Notes: a model not told the origin generated them from the sequence alone. 64,000 bases of DNA from an uncultured delta proteobacterium (GCA_963806225.1 CAWDXG010000004.1:4256001-4320000); one strand, 5' to 3'; positions 52,512 through 62,797 are shown, counted from the stretch's first letter. A program made the numbers and translations.

Positions 52512-54515
52512 CTAGCGAATCACCACGCGTTTCAGCAGCTCCACAAGAACACGTGGTAGAAGCTCCGGTCTAGGGAGCACTGTATAGCCGCCGGGACCGA
52601 AGATCCGTGGCACGTAGGCCGGCGCCTCGCGATCGACGGTGAGACACAGCACGTGCATCCCCTGCCGGCGTGCTTCGACCACCGCCTGGTGCGTGTCCTC
52701 GACGCCGTAGCGACCCTCGTACTCGTCCACGTCGTTTGGTTTGCCATCCGACACCAGCAGCAGCACCTGATGCCGCGCCGGTCGACCCGCGAGGAGTGCG
52801 GTCGCATGCCGGAGCGCGGCACCAACGCGGGTGTAGCGCTCGGGTTCGAGCCCGGCGATGCGCCGCCGGACGGCGCCGCTCAGCCGCTCGTCGAATTGCT
52901 TGAGGGCCGCCGTGGTCACTGCCAGGGGGCCTTCCCCGGAGAACGCGAGGATCGCGTAGGGGTCGCCGAGGGTCTCGAGCGCTTCGCACACCACCAGCAG
53001 CGCTTCCTTCTCGACGTCCACCACGCGCAGCTGGGCAGCGACCCAGCTGTCAGTCGACGCGCTCGCATCGACCAGCAGGCACAACGCCAGATCCCTGCGC
53101 CTCGGTCTGACGGACTGATACAGCCGGCCATCATCCGGCAGACCAGCACTTCGATCCGCGTACGCCATTACGAAAGCATCAACGTCAACGTCGTCGCCAT
53201 CACGCTGGCGGCCGAGCCGCAGTCGCTCCGGGCGCAACCGCTCGAAGCGCCTGCGGACCTCACGCACCAGTCCCGCGTGCCGCGCCAGCGCATCGCGGAC
53301 CCAGCGCTCGTCGCCCGCCGCGGGTTCGATCGCGCGCACGACCGCGCCGCGCTCGCGGTAGCAGCCGCGCTGGTAGTCCCACTCCGGGTACACGATGCCC
53401 CACGCCGACGCGGCGGGACCCGGCGCGGGCGCGGCGCGCTCGGGAAGGCTTTGTCCCAGCAGGATCTCGCGTGCGCGCTGCTGTGTGCGCACGAGCCGCG
53501 CCTCGGCCAGCTCGGACAGGGAATCGGCCAGCTCGTCGGCGTCGGCGTCGAGGTCGCGATCGGCCGGCCGCTGGAGGCCCATCGGATCCTCGACGCTCTG
53601 CTCGGCGTCGTCTGCCTTGACGATGAACGTGCCGGGCCGGTCGTCGTCCTCGTCGTCGGTCGCCTGGCGGACGCGCGGTCGCCGCCGCATGCGAGCGATA
53701 CGCGGTGCCGTCGTGGGCTTGTCGGCGTCATCGCAAGGAACGAGCCGCGGCGTGCAGCCTTCGACGCTCGTTTCCAGCCGCCCCCACAGCTCCACAGCGC
53801 CAAGCCCGCGATATGCGGCCGCTTCGCTGATCTGCCGGGCGCGTTCGAGAGCCCATGCCCTGGACGCAACCGGTCCGCCCTCCACGGGAGCCCACGCGGG
53901 TGGCCTACTCGGCGGCAGGCGCAGGATCTCGCGCAGCAATGCTTCCACTTCGCGCTCGGCCGGGCGCAGCGCTTCGGGATGCGGGCGGCACTCGAGAGCG
54001 TCGAGGCGCGCTCGTGCGAGCGCTGCCTCGAAGCCCGGCAGCTCCCGGGCCAGGCTCTCCTCGACTGCCACGGCTTCCGCCAGCACGAATAGATCGCGGG
54101 CCAGCGCATCGCTGTGGGGTGGCTGGTAGCGCGCGCTGCCTCGCGCTACGCGCGCCGCCTGCTGGAGCGCCAGCAGTTGATAGCGTCGCGCGTCGTGCTC
54201 CCGTACACCCGATGGTTCGAGCGAAGGCGGCAAGCGGACGACGCGACCGTCCGTCGATGCGAGCGTGCGCTGATCGACCAGGTGCCGCGGTAGGCGACGC
54301 ACCAGACGTGCGAACAAGCCTGCCGGCGCCGGCGGGTCGGCGGGGACCACCGCGGGAGCGGCCTCGTAGAGCAAGGTCAGCAAGAGCTCGATGCGCCTGC
54401 GCACATCCGCGAGCGCCACCCGTTCCGGCTCGGACGAGTAGCGGCGCCACAGCTTCTGTGCGGCGGAGGTGGCGTGGATGGCCGCCTGGATGAGCAGCTC
54501 CTCGGGTTCCGACAC
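52512..54515 (-). CDS. norD: NorD VWA accessory protein
   Basis: YPEWDY, LLVDASAST, YTRVGAALRH, SDGKPND…YEGRYGVEDT. Confidence 0.92.
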   Translation of the reverse strand: MSEPEELLIQAAIHATSAAQKLWRRYSSEPERVALADVRRRIELLLTLLYEAAPAVVPADPPAPAGLFARLVRRLPRHLVDQRTLASTDGRVVRLPPSLEPSGVREHDARRYQLLALQQAARVARGSARYQPPHSDALARDLFVLAEAVAVEESLARELPGFEAALARARLDALECRPHPEALRPAEREVEALLREILRLPPSRPPAWAPVEGGPVASRAWALERARQISEAAAYRGLGAVELWGRLETSVEGCTPRLVPCDDADKPTTAPRIARMRRRPRVRQATDDEDDDRPGTFIVKADDAEQSVEDPMGLQRPADRDLDADADELADSLSELAEARLVRTQQRAREILLGQSLPERAAPAPGPAASAWGIVYPEWDYQRGCYRERGAVVRAIEPAAGDERWVRDALARHAGLVREVRRRFERLRPERLRLGRQRDGDDVDVDAFVMAYADRSAGLPDDGRLYQSVRPRRRDLALCLLVDASASTDSWVAAQLRVVDVEKEALLVVCEALETLGDPYAILAFSGEGPLAVTTAALKQFDERLSGAVRRRIAGLEPERYTRVGAALRHATALLAGRPARHQVLLLVSDGKPNDVDEYEGRYGVEDTHQAVVEARRQGMHVLCLTVDREAPAYVPRIFGPGGYTVLPRPELLPRVLVELLKRVVIR

Positions 54516-54516
54516 G

Positions 54517-55356
54517 CTACACCGTCGCGTCGATCAGATCGCCCACCGCTCCAAGCAGCTCGGGATCATCGCCCAGCGGCGCCATCAGCGCCGAGCGACA
54601 GGCTGTCCGCGGCGGGATCCCGCTGGCGATGAGCCGTGCAGTCGCAACGAGCAGCCGCGTGCTGGGCACTTCGGACAGACCCCGCTCGTGCAGGCGTCGC
54701 ACCCGCCGCACCAACTGGACCAGCATGCGCGCCACGTCGCCAGCAACACCGCCCTCGTGTGCGACGATCGCCGCTTCCTGCTCGGGCCCGGGAAAGTCGA
54801 AGTCCAGGGCCACGAAGCGCTGGCGCGTGCTCGGCTTCAGATCCTTGAGCACGTGCTGGTAGCCGGGATTGTAGGAGATGACTAGCTGGAAGCCGGGTGC
54901 TGCTTCGATCAGCTCGCCGGTCTTGTCTACCGGCAGCACGCGCCGGTCGTCGGTGAGGGGATGGATCACGACGACTGTGTCCTGCCGCGCTTCCACCACC
55001 TCGTCGAGGTAGCAGATCGCCCCGCGCCGGGCCGCCAGAGTCAGCGGACCGTCCTGCCACACCGTCGCGCCGTCGCGCACCAGGTAGCGGCCGAGCAGAT
55101 CATTCGCGGACAGGTCGTCGTGACAGGCCACCGTGATCAATGGACGACCGAGCCGCCACGCCATGTGTTCGACGAAGCGCGTCTTGCCGCAACCGGTCGG
55201 GCCCTTGAGCATCACCGCCAACCCACGCGCATGACACATCTCGAAGATGCGGATCTCGTCGGCGGACGGCAGATAGTACGGCTCGGCCTCGTAGCGTCTG
55301 AGCCCGTCGGCGTGCACTCGCGCGACCACCGGGTGTCTGGGTTCCCCGTCGGCCAT
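54517..55356 (-). CDS. norQ: NorQ/CbbQ AAA+ ATPase
   Basis: GPTGCGKT, CYLDEVVEAR, SYNPGYQ…LKPSTRQRF. Confidence 0.93.
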   Translation of the reverse strand: MADGEPRHPVVARVHADGLRRYEAEPYYLPSADEIRIFEMCHARGLAVMLKGPTGCGKTRFVEHMAWRLGRPLITVACHDDLSANDLLGRYLVRDGATVWQDGPLTLAARRGAICYLDEVVEARQDTVVVIHPLTDDRRVLPVDKTGELIEAAPGFQLVISYNPGYQHVLKDLKPSTRQRFVALDFDFPGPEQEAAIVAHEGGVAGDVARMLVQLVRRVRRLHERGLSEVPSTRLLVATARLIASGIPPRTACRSALMAPLGDDPELLGAVGDLIDATV

Positions 55357-56751
55357 CTATTCCCCCGGTTCCGGCAAGGCCTCGGACGCGGGCTCCGCCC
55401 CGGCGGCCTCGGCAACTCCTCCGAGGCCAGCCTGCGCGCGACGGGGAATGATGAAGAAGAAATCGAACAGGTAGAGCGCGACGCCGAGCGTGAACAGGCT
55501 ACCGGTTGCGATCAGCATCACAAAGTGGACACGTATCTTCGCCTGCACATCCAGATAGCCAATCCCCATGATGCGTTCGAGGTAGGTCTGGGCAATTCCG
55601 CCGGCCGCGAACGCCATCGTCATGCCGAACATGCCGGCCACCTGCAGCCAGAACGCCCACATACCGACGGCGCTGCCCTTCTCGTCGTCGCTGCCGCTGA
55701 GCGAGGGCATGGCGTAGGTGATGAGGGCGAGCACGATCATCACGTAGGCGCCGAAAAATGCCATGTGACCATGCATGGGCGTGATGAGCGTGCCGTGGGT
55801 CCACTTGTTGACCGAGGGCCACGTGTGCGCCAGACCGAGCACACCCGCACCCAGCGCCGAGTAGATCGCGCTGCCGATGGTCCAGTGCAGTGCCAGCCGG
55901 TTCGGGTGGGAGAAGCCCGAGCGCCTCAGGGCAAAGTAGGCGTAGATGGCCATGCCCAGGAACGACAGCGGCTCCAATGCGCTGAAGATGCCGCCGATGG
56001 GCAGCCAGAAGTGTGGCACGCCGATCCAGTAGTAGTGGTGCGCAGTACCCAGAATGCCGGAGATGAATGTGAGCCCCACGATCACGTAAAGCCACTTCTC
56101 CATCACCTCGCGGTCCGCTCCGGACAGCCGGATCAACAGGAAGGCCAGCATGCCGCCCTGGATCAGCTCCCACACGCCCTCCACCCAGAGATGCACCGTC
56201 CACCAGCGGTAGAAGATGCTCATAGTGTAGTTGTTCCAGCTGATGAGGGCGGGCAGGTAGAGCAAGGCGCTGGCGATGAGCCCTCCTACCAGGACGCCCT
56301 CGGTCGTGGTCCAGCGCCCGGCCTTCTTGATCGTCATCAGGATGTTGAACAAGAACAGCAACATCACGCCGACGATGATCAGCTTCATCGGGAACGGTTG
56401 TTCGAGCAGCTTGTTTCCCGTGGTCCAGCCGAAGAAGTAACCGACGATGATAGTCAGTCCGGTCAGCGTCCAGATGGCGATCTGCCAATAGGCGAGCTTC
56501 TCGCTGTAGATCTCGGTGCGCGACTCCTCGGGCACCAGGTAGTAGGCCGCACCCATGAACCCGGTAAGCACCCACACGATCAGCAGATTCGTGTGCATCT
56601 CCTTCGTGACATCGAAGGGCAGGATGTTCAGCAGTGGATCGGGGCCGATGTACTTCGCGGCGGAAAGGAGGCCCAGCACCATCTGCAGGCCATACAGAAG
56701 CAGGGCGACGACGAAGTACGGATAGGCGACACGCTGGCTCTTGTACCGCAT
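55357..56751 (-). CDS. norB: Nitric oxide reductase large subunit (cNOR)
   Basis: HTNL, HLWVEGVWE, GTAHHY, ALEP, HGHMAF. Confidence 0.95.
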   Translation of the reverse strand: MRYKSQRVAYPYFVVALLLYGLQMVLGLLSAAKYIGPDPLLNILPFDVTKEMHTNLLIVWVLTGFMGAAYYLVPEESRTEIYSEKLAYWQIAIWTLTGLTIIVGYFFGWTTGNKLLEQPFPMKLIIVGVMLLFLFNILMTIKKAGRWTTTEGVLVGGLIASALLYLPALISWNNYTMSIFYRWWTVHLWVEGVWELIQGGMLAFLLIRLSGADREVMEKWLYVIVGLTFISGILGTAHHYYWIGVPHFWLPIGGIFSALEPLSFLGMAIYAYFALRRSGFSHPNRLALHWTIGSAIYSALGAGVLGLAHTWPSVNKWTHGTLITPMHGHMAFFGAYVMIVLALITYAMPSLSGSDDEKGSAVGMWAFWLQVAGMFGMTMAFAAGGIAQTYLERIMGIGYLDVQAKIRVHFVMLIATGSLFTLGVALYLFDFFFIIPRRAQAGLGGVAEAAGAEPASEALPEPGE

Positions 56752-56755
56752 CGGT

Positions 56756-57565
56756 TCACTCCAGGCTCATGAGGTAGGCTGTGAGCTCGTCGACCTGTTT
56801 CGGCTTCAACGTCTCGTTGAAGTTGGCGGGCATCAGCGACTGTCCTCCGGCCGAGAAGGTCGCGCCCGGAACGATGTAGGCGCTCGGATGCAGGATCGAT
56901 TCGCGGATGTAGCCCTCGGCATCCGTGGCGCTGCCGTGATAGCCGGGGCTCTTGATTGTCTTTGCCGCGCGCGTGGCAATGCCGGCGAGCGATGGGCCGA
57001 CCAGTTTCACCCCCGGCGCGACCGAGTGACAGCTAGAGCAGCCCGGCGGTGTGGATCGGAAGAGAGCCTCGCCGAGTGCCACCGGATCGCTCGATGCCGC
57101 ACCCGGTTGTTCGGAGCTGACCTGGGGAGAGGCCGCCCCCGAAACGAGGATTGGGCGTGGCGGCCAGCCGTTGGTGTTGATGTGCGACACCCAGGTCAAG
57201 AATGCGATCAGGTGGTTGATGTCCTGGTCGCTGAGGTGCAGGTTCGGCATCAGCCGCCGGTTCTTCTTCTCGCTGTAGAAGCGCGAGGGATTCTTCAGGA
57301 ACTGCTGGAGGTAGGCCTTGCCGCGCTGCTGTGCGATCTTGGTGAGATCGGGCGCGTAGTAGGCGCCCTCCCCGAGCAGGGTGTGGCAGTTGGTGCAGTT
57401 TTCGCGATGCCAGACGTGCTCGCCGGCGATCACATCCGGCGTGAGCTTGTTCTCGTGCGTCAACGCGGGTACCGCGCGATGGGTATCGATCGTCAGCACG
57501 ATGAAGACGGCCGAGAACAGTGCCGTCGAGACGTAGAAGAAAAGACGCGTCTGTCGTTTCGTCAT
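56756..57565 (-). CDS. norC: NorC cytochrome c subunit with a second C-terminal heme c domain
   Basis: CTNCHTLLGEGAYYAPDL…MP; second motif CSSCH. Confidence 0.9.
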   Translation of the reverse strand: MTKRQTRLFFYVSTALFSAVFIVLTIDTHRAVPALTHENKLTPDVIAGEHVWHRENCTNCHTLLGEGAYYAPDLTKIAQQRGKAYLQQFLKNPSRFYSEKKNRRLMPNLHLSDQDINHLIAFLTWVSHINTNGWPPRPILVSGAASPQVSSEQPGAASSDPVALGEALFRSTPPGCSSCHSVAPGVKLVGPSLAGIATRAAKTIKSPGYHGSATDAEGYIRESILHPSAYIVPGATFSAGGQSLMPANFNETLKPKQVDELTAYLMSLE

Positions 57566-57581
57566 GGTGGAACCCCGTGGT

Positions 57582-57722
57582 CTACACGTAGATGTGGCCC
57601 CAGTCGCTCCACACGATGCCGCCGGCATAGACGATCGCCACGAGCATCAGCACGACCACCACCACGCACAACACACGCGTTGCGCCGGCCCACCTCGGTG
57701 CACTCTCGCGCTCATCCGGCAT
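57582..57722 (-). CDS. 46-aa single-TM protein
   Basis: GGAGG RBS; MPDERESAPRWAGATRVLCVVVVVLMLVAIVYAGGIVWSDWGHIYV. Confidence 0.6.
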   Translation of the reverse strand: MPDERESAPRWAGATRVLCVVVVVLMLVAIVYAGGIVWSDWGHIYV

Positions 57723-57925
57723 TGGTCCCTCCACTCGGAATCAACGGTCGCTTGCCGCCGACCGTTGGTGGGGTCGACGTGTAGATCTCCGGGCGCGGGC
57801 GTTCAACCGCGCCAACGCGAGATGCGTTGGCACACATCTTGGCCTCCATGCATTTCCGCCGACTTGCCCGCTGGACAGAGGGCGGCTCTTCCATGCCCGT
57901 GATACTCCCGCGCCGTTCTTTGCCT

Positions 57926-57939
57926 ATGACATTGGTCAC
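57926..57939. promoter_or_regulatory. Putative Crp/Fnr-family (DNR/NnrR-type) box upstream of the nor operon
   Basis: aTGAC-ATTG-GTCAc palindrome in intergenic DNA. Confidence 0.45.
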
Positions 57940-57957
57940 CGGCACGACGGCGGGACT

Positions 57958-58407
57958 TCAGAAGCGGAATTTCATGTGGCAGTTGGTGCATGCGTCGAGT
58001 ACGACACCCAGCTGTCGGGTGGTCGCGGGCAAGTCGTCGGCCTCGGCAGACCGAACAAGGCGCACCAGCTGTGCGTGGAACTTCTCGTCGAGCTCCTTGA
58101 ACTCGCCGAGCTTGTCGGCGTTCTTCGGTGGCGCGTAGGCGCCTTTTGCAAGCGCAGCCTCGGTGACCATGCGGGCCTGGTGGACTTTCCGGACGCTAGC
58201 CGGGATCGCCCGGAGGTTGTTGTAGGAGATGGCGGTCACCCAGTCCCGCGTTGCCTGGTGCAGCGCACGCATTTCGTTGCGGACGGGGTTTCCGACCGCT
58301 TGCGTCGAGGTGGCAGCTCGGTTGCCCGCCGCATCCGTCCCTTGGTCTGCCCGGCATGACGCGATAGCAAGCGCCATCGTCGCGATTGCCGCGCCCATTC
58401 CGTTCAT
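57958..58407 (-). CDS. Cytochrome c'-like lipoprotein
   Basis: Helical protein with C-terminal CTNCHMKFR. Confidence 0.8.
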   Translation of the reverse strand: MNGMGAAIATMALAIASCRADQGTDAAGNRAATSTQAVGNPVRNEMRALHQATRDWVTAISYNNLRAIPASVRKVHQARMVTEAALAKGAYAPPKNADKLGEFKELDEKFHAQLVRLVRSAEADDLPATTRQLGVVLDACTNCHMKFRF

Positions 58408-58409
58408 GG

Positions 58410-58955
58410 TCAGCCTCCCCTCGCTGTGACGCTCCGCTGCATGGAGTATGACACGCTGTACGTGGGCGAGTCGGCAACGTCCTTCCCGGGGCGCCAGAAG
58501 GCAATGGCGTAGTACATGGCCCAGGCGATGATGCTGATGAGGATGACCCACGCCCAGGTCGGCACGGGCGCCGGGGTTTCGGCCTGCGAGGGTTCCCAGT
58601 TCTGTTCGCGACCACCGCCGAAGGCGTGAACGACGACCGCGATCTGCCCTCCAACGACATCTCCAGCGGACAGTCCCTGCACCGAGATGTCCGGGCCGTT
58701 CCGTACCGTGAAAGGGATGCGGTGCACGCCCTTGTTGCCCTGCTGGTCCCACGCCTCGAGGCGCAGCACGTGCTCGCCGTCCGTCAGTTGGCGGGTGTCG
58801 AGGTTCAGTCCCACCGGCGCTTGCTCCGTGAAGAGAGGGCTCTCCGAGTCATCGAGATAGGCGACAACGCGGTCGGTTGGCTCGCTCGAGCGGTTTCCGT
58901 CGCCCGGGCTTTGCTTGCTCCACTGGCCTCCGTCGCGCTCGTCCGGTTCACTCAC
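58410..58955 (-). CDS. Ig-like domain plus TM protein associated with the cbb3-like cluster
   Basis: LDTRQLTDGEHVLRL…TVRNGP…AETPAPVPTWAWV. Confidence 0.65.
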   Translation of the reverse strand: MSEPDERDGGQWSKQSPGDGNRSSEPTDRVVAYLDDSESPLFTEQAPVGLNLDTRQLTDGEHVLRLEAWDQQGNKGVHRIPFTVRNGPDISVQGLSAGDVVGGQIAVVVHAFGGGREQNWEPSQAETPAPVPTWAWVILISIIAWAMYYAIAFWRPGKDVADSPTYSVSYSMQRSVTARGG

Positions 58956-59194
58956 CGCTGCACCTTCACGTTCGGCGCCGAGTCGTCGAGCACGGCGCGC
59001 TTGATGTGACCGGCAGCCTTCTCGCCGGGCCAGAAGAGGAACCGGACGGCCAGTACCAGGGCGATCGCGACGATCACGAGGCCGGCTATGACCACGGCGA
59101 TCTCCCAGCTGCTATCGGGGCCACCTCGGTGCAACCCGGGGCCCATTGCGGCACAGAGTACGCCGAGGTTTGCCGTCGTCATGCTCAGGCTCAT
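58952..59194 (-). CDS. Small membrane protein
   Basis: TM helix then WPGEK…HIKRAVL; overlaps neighbours by 4 nt. Confidence 0.55.
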   Translation of the reverse strand: MSLSMTTANLGVLCAAMGPGLHRGGPDSSWEIAVVIAGLVIVAIALVLAVRFLFWPGEKAAGHIKRAVLDDSAPNVKVQR

Positions 59195-60180
59195 GGCGTG
59201 GGTCCCTTGTTTCTCACCTGCGCCACCTGCTCGGCGGTCACGCTGGGCGCGTGGTTGCCCCAGCTCGAACGCTCGTGGTTGACGATGGCCGCGATCTGCC
59301 CATCGTCGAGCTGTCCGGAAAACGGCGGCATCGTAACCGGATACTTCACGCCACCAATCACGCGCCCGTGCGCTCCGTGAAGCACCGTGGAGATGTGCTC
59401 GGTCGGATCCGATGCGTTGACGACGGTGTCACCCTTGAGCGGGGGGAAGGTGCCTGTGACGCCCTCGCCGCTGGCCTGGTGGCAGGAGGCGCAGTGTGTG
59501 GCGAACAGGGCTGCGCCCTGTCCGCCAGCGCTGGGCGCTGGCTTCGTGGCGTGTTGCTTGTTCCCGAGCGGCGTCTGATGCAGCGACAGGAGGTAGGCAA
59601 CCAGATCGAGCGCGCGCGGGGTCGCCACGACTTTGCCGCGGCTCGGCGCGAACTTTGCTGGAACGGGAACCACAGTCGCCTTGTCGCCGGGCGTGTCGAC
59701 GGTCCGGAACAAGTCGTGGAATCTGGGCATGATCGACCAGGGCGACACGGCGCGCGGGTTGTACAGGTGGATCAGTTGCCACGCCTTGCTCGGCTGCCGC
59801 TTGCCGATGTTCGATAGATCCGGACCGGTGCGCTCGGAGCCCAGCAATCCGGGCGTCTGCTGCCACCAAGTCATGGGGTGCAGGCGTGCGTAGTCGGACG
59901 CCACGGTGGGGCGCCCCCATACGGAATCCATCGGGAGCGGTCGCACCTGCTGCGTGTGGCAGACGGGACAACCCTCCGACACGAAGACCTCGAGGCCGCG
60001 CTGTTCGGCGGCCGACAGCGGCTTCGAGCCTGGTAGCGGCTGGTACCTGTGCTGGACCTCGACGGCGGGGCCCACCGCGACCAGCATGCTGAGCGCAAAG
60101 AAACCGAGAAACACGGCGCCGAAAAACAGCGCCGGTCGGTTGTAGACGTCAAGCCGCACCGGCTGCCTCCGGTTCGACAA
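59191..60180 (-). CDS. ccoO: CcoO/FixO-like subunit II fused to an extra cytochrome c domain
   Basis: EGCPVCHTQQVRP, GSERTGPDL, SIMP; second motif CASCH. Confidence 0.85.
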   Translation of the reverse strand: MSNRRQPVRLDVYNRPALFFGAVFLGFFALSMLVAVGPAVEVQHRYQPLPGSKPLSAAEQRGLEVFVSEGCPVCHTQQVRPLPMDSVWGRPTVASDYARLHPMTWWQQTPGLLGSERTGPDLSNIGKRQPSKAWQLIHLYNPRAVSPWSIMPRFHDLFRTVDTPGDKATVVPVPAKFAPSRGKVVATPRALDLVAYLLSLHQTPLGNKQHATKPAPSAGGQGAALFATHCASCHQASGEGVTGTFPPLKGDTVVNASDPTEHISTVLHGAHGRVIGGVKYPVTMPPFSGQLDDGQIAAIVNHERSSWGNHAPSVTAEQVAQVRNKGPTP

Positions 60181-61567
60181 CCGGCGCGACTGCGCGCGAC
60201 CTTGCCGGCAGCATGCGCCACACGTTGAAGGCGAACAGCAGATGCGAGCCGAACATCAACGTTCCGCCGATGGCGCGCCACAGCCAGTAGGGGGCCATGA
60301 GCAGCACCGAGTTCTGGAACGGCTCGCCGTGCTTCCAGCTGAGCCCCTGTAGCGTCCCGCCGATGCTCAGCGACACGCCGTAGATGAGCAGGCCAATGAA
60401 CGCCAGCCAGAAGTGGATACCGATCGACAGCTGCGGCGCTTCACGCCCGGAGAGGCGCGGCAACAGTCCGTACGCGCCGCCCCAGATCAGGAATGTCACG
60501 AACCCGTACATGGTGATGTGCGAGTGGCCGACCGTGTAGTTGCTGAAGTGCCAGATCACGTTGAGCGAGCGCAGCGCTTCGAAGCTGCCCTGCATCGAAC
60601 CCACGAAGTAGTACACGACCCCGACCAGCAGAAAGGGCACGGCGTAGCTGCTCCTGAGCGCGTGACGGCTGCCGCGCATCGTCAAGAGGAAGTTCGCCGT
60701 TCCCGCGACGACCGGCACGATCATCCCCACGCTGAACAGCACCGCCACCGTCTGCAGCCACCAGGGCAGGGGGCTGTACAGGAAGTGGTGCGAGCCGATC
60801 ATCGTGTAGAAGAGCATCTGCGTCCAGAACGCGAGCACGCCCAGCGAGTACGAGTAGATCGGCTTGTTCAGCAGCTTGGGAAGGAAGTAGTAGGTGAGCC
60901 CGAGCACCATGGGCGTGAACCACATGCCGACGCCCTGGTGCATGTAGTAGCCCTGGATGACCGTCTCCCCGAGCCCGTGCTGGTAGAACGGCAGATAGGC
61001 AATGGTGACGAGCGTCAGCGTCCAGATCAGCGCACCCAGCACGTACCAGTTGGAGATGTAGATCTCGCGCGTGGTGCGCTGCGCCACGGTCCTGTAGAAG
61101 TTGTACAGTGTGAGCGCGAGCCCGGCGGCGAACAGCGCCATGACCGGCCACACGAACTCGCGGTATTCCTGACCGCCGTTGTTGAGCCCGGCAGCCAGAC
61201 AGATGTCGCCGGCGACCACGGAAGATGACATCAGGCCGAGCGCGATCCAGCCCAGCCGGTAGCTGTAGAGGCGCTTTCGGCAGGTGCGCGGCACCACGTA
61301 GTAGGCGAGCCCGAGCATGCCGTGGGATGCCCAGCCCCAGAACACGGTGTTGGTGTGGATGGGTCTCAGGCGGCCAAACGACAGCCAGCTCACGGCGTCG
61401 ATCTCGGGCCAGATGAACTTCAGGCTTAGATACAAGCCGACGAGCGTGCCGAAGACGAGCCACCACGCCGCGCCGACGAGGTAGCCGAACACTAGACGAG
61501 TCAGTTGCCGATCGTTGTCGATTACCTCGTCGATCGGCGCCTTGGCGACCGTTAGCGGTCGTCGCAT
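60149..61567 (-). CDS. ccoN: Divergent C-family (cbb3-like) heme-copper oxidoreductase subunit I
   Basis: FGRLRPIHTN, EYRE, IYISNWY, MHQGVG, GSHH, GHSH. Confidence 0.85.
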   Translation of the reverse strand: MRRPLTVAKAPIDEVIDNDRQLTRLVFGYLVGAAWWLVFGTLVGLYLSLKFIWPEIDAVSWLSFGRLRPIHTNTVFWGWASHGMLGLAYYVVPRTCRKRLYSYRLGWIALGLMSSSVVAGDICLAAGLNNGGQEYREFVWPVMALFAAGLALTLYNFYRTVAQRTTREIYISNWYVLGALIWTLTLVTIAYLPFYQHGLGETVIQGYYMHQGVGMWFTPMVLGLTYYFLPKLLNKPIYSYSLGVLAFWTQMLFYTMIGSHHFLYSPLPWWLQTVAVLFSVGMIVPVVAGTANFLLTMRGSRHALRSSYAVPFLLVGVVYYFVGSMQGSFEALRSLNVIWHFSNYTVGHSHITMYGFVTFLIWGGAYGLLPRLSGREAPQLSIGIHFWLAFIGLLIYGVSLSIGGTLQGLSWKHGEPFQNSVLLMAPYWLWRAIGGTLMFGSHLLFAFNVWRMLPARSRAVAPVVEPEAAGAA

Positions 61568-61593
61568 GGACTGTCTCCCTTCCGCTGCCGGGC

Positions 61594-62553
61594 TCAGCGC
61601 TTTGTGACCTGGACGCGCCACACCGTGGGGCCCTGTTCCAGGTAGTCGAACGAGAAGTCCGCGCCGGGGTGCGTTGCTTCGAGCGTGTAGTACATGCAGC
61701 GCGGGTCGTGATCGAGCGTGAGCTCCAGCGGCACGCCGGTTGGCAGCGAAGAGTACGCTCCCAGGACGTGCTCGATACGGTCTTTCGGTTCCACGTCGCG
61801 CACGTCTAGCCATTGCCGCTGCGCGCGTTCCCGGCGGCGTTCTTCCTTGTGTGCGGCTGACCCGCAGCCTGTCGGCTTGGAGGACTCCATCCACTTCTGC
61901 CACACCGCTCGCTGGCTGCGATCGCTTGGGCAGAGCACGAAGGGTCCAGCATAGCGAACACGGGTCAGCTCGACGACCAACGGCCCGAGCCCGAGCCCGT
62001 CCGTCGTTCGCTGCTCCGGGCCGGCTCCAAACAGCCGGAGATATTCCAGATGGCCAGTGAAGCGCTCCACCAGCGACCGCGCTTCGCGGAGATCCTCTCC
62101 AGCCGGGCGCACCTCCCAGGCCAACCCGACACGCTCCAGTCGCTGCCTCTCGATGGTCTCGAGCAGGGCCGAAGCCTCGCCCGCAAGAGTCCGGTGCGAC
62201 ACGAGAAGCCGGCCGCGCGCTGCCGCGTACAGGGCGTCGAGATCGTCGAGAAGCGCCGCCGGGATCACGCCAGGCGAAGCGACGACCGGCGCCGCCACGC
62301 GTGCGGACAGCTGCGCCGTCTCGAGGCTGCAGATCTCGTCGAGGTCAGCCACATACAGGCCGGTCACCGGGCAATCGTGTCTGGAAAGAAGCTGTGCGAG
62401 CTCCCCCAGGTCGGCGGGAGCGAGCGCGCGCGGAAGGTCACACTCCGCGTCGCTCACCAGTTCGATCCCGCGAAGGCCCCTGCGGTGGCAGGCGTCGAGA
62501 AGCTCGACGATCCGATAGTCCGGATCCGCGCTTGCGCTCAGGGATGTCCGCAT
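61594..62553 (-). CDS. Sugar-phosphate-isomerase-like TIM barrel fused to DUF2249
   Basis: GLRGIEL…LAWEV; C-terminal LDVRDVEP…DHDP…YLEQGPTVW. Confidence 0.7.
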   Translation of the reverse strand: MRTSLSASADPDYRIVELLDACHRRGLRGIELVSDAECDLPRALAPADLGELAQLLSRHDCPVTGLYVADLDEICSLETAQLSARVAAPVVASPGVIPAALLDDLDALYAAARGRLLVSHRTLAGEASALLETIERQRLERVGLAWEVRPAGEDLREARSLVERFTGHLEYLRLFGAGPEQRTTDGLGLGPLVVELTRVRYAGPFVLCPSDRSQRAVWQKWMESSKPTGCGSAAHKEERRRERAQRQWLDVRDVEPKDRIEHVLGAYSSLPTGVPLELTLDHDPRCMYYTLEATHPGADFSFDYLEQGPTVWRVQVTKR

Positions 62554-62557
62554 GACG

Positions 62558-62797
62558 CTACCGTCTCGATATCTTGATGCGCCACACCGTGGGTCCCTGT
62601 TCCAGGTACTCCCACCCGAACTGGCCGGCGCGCTCGACCTCGAACTGACGCCGGACCGGGAACGGATCGTGGTCGTTGAGCAAAGTGAACGACTGGCCCG
62701 GCGCCAGACCGTCGAAGGTCGAGAAGATGGCGGGATGCTTTTCCCGCGGCGGGATCACGCGAACGTCCAGCTGCATAGTCGAGTCCTGATCAGCCAC
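62558..62797 (-). CDS. DUF2249 protein
   Basis: LDVRVIPPREKH…NDHDP…YLEQGPTVWRI. Confidence 0.85.
   Translation of the reverse strand: MADQDSTMQLDVRVIPPREKHPAIFSTFDGLAPGQSFTLLNDHDPFPVRRQFEVERAGQFGWEYLEQGPTVWRIKISRR

Noticed and set aside
57828..57845. Sigma54-like TGGCAC-N5-TTGG near the nor operon
   Set aside because: Wrong strand for nor transcription and -12 GC not conserved
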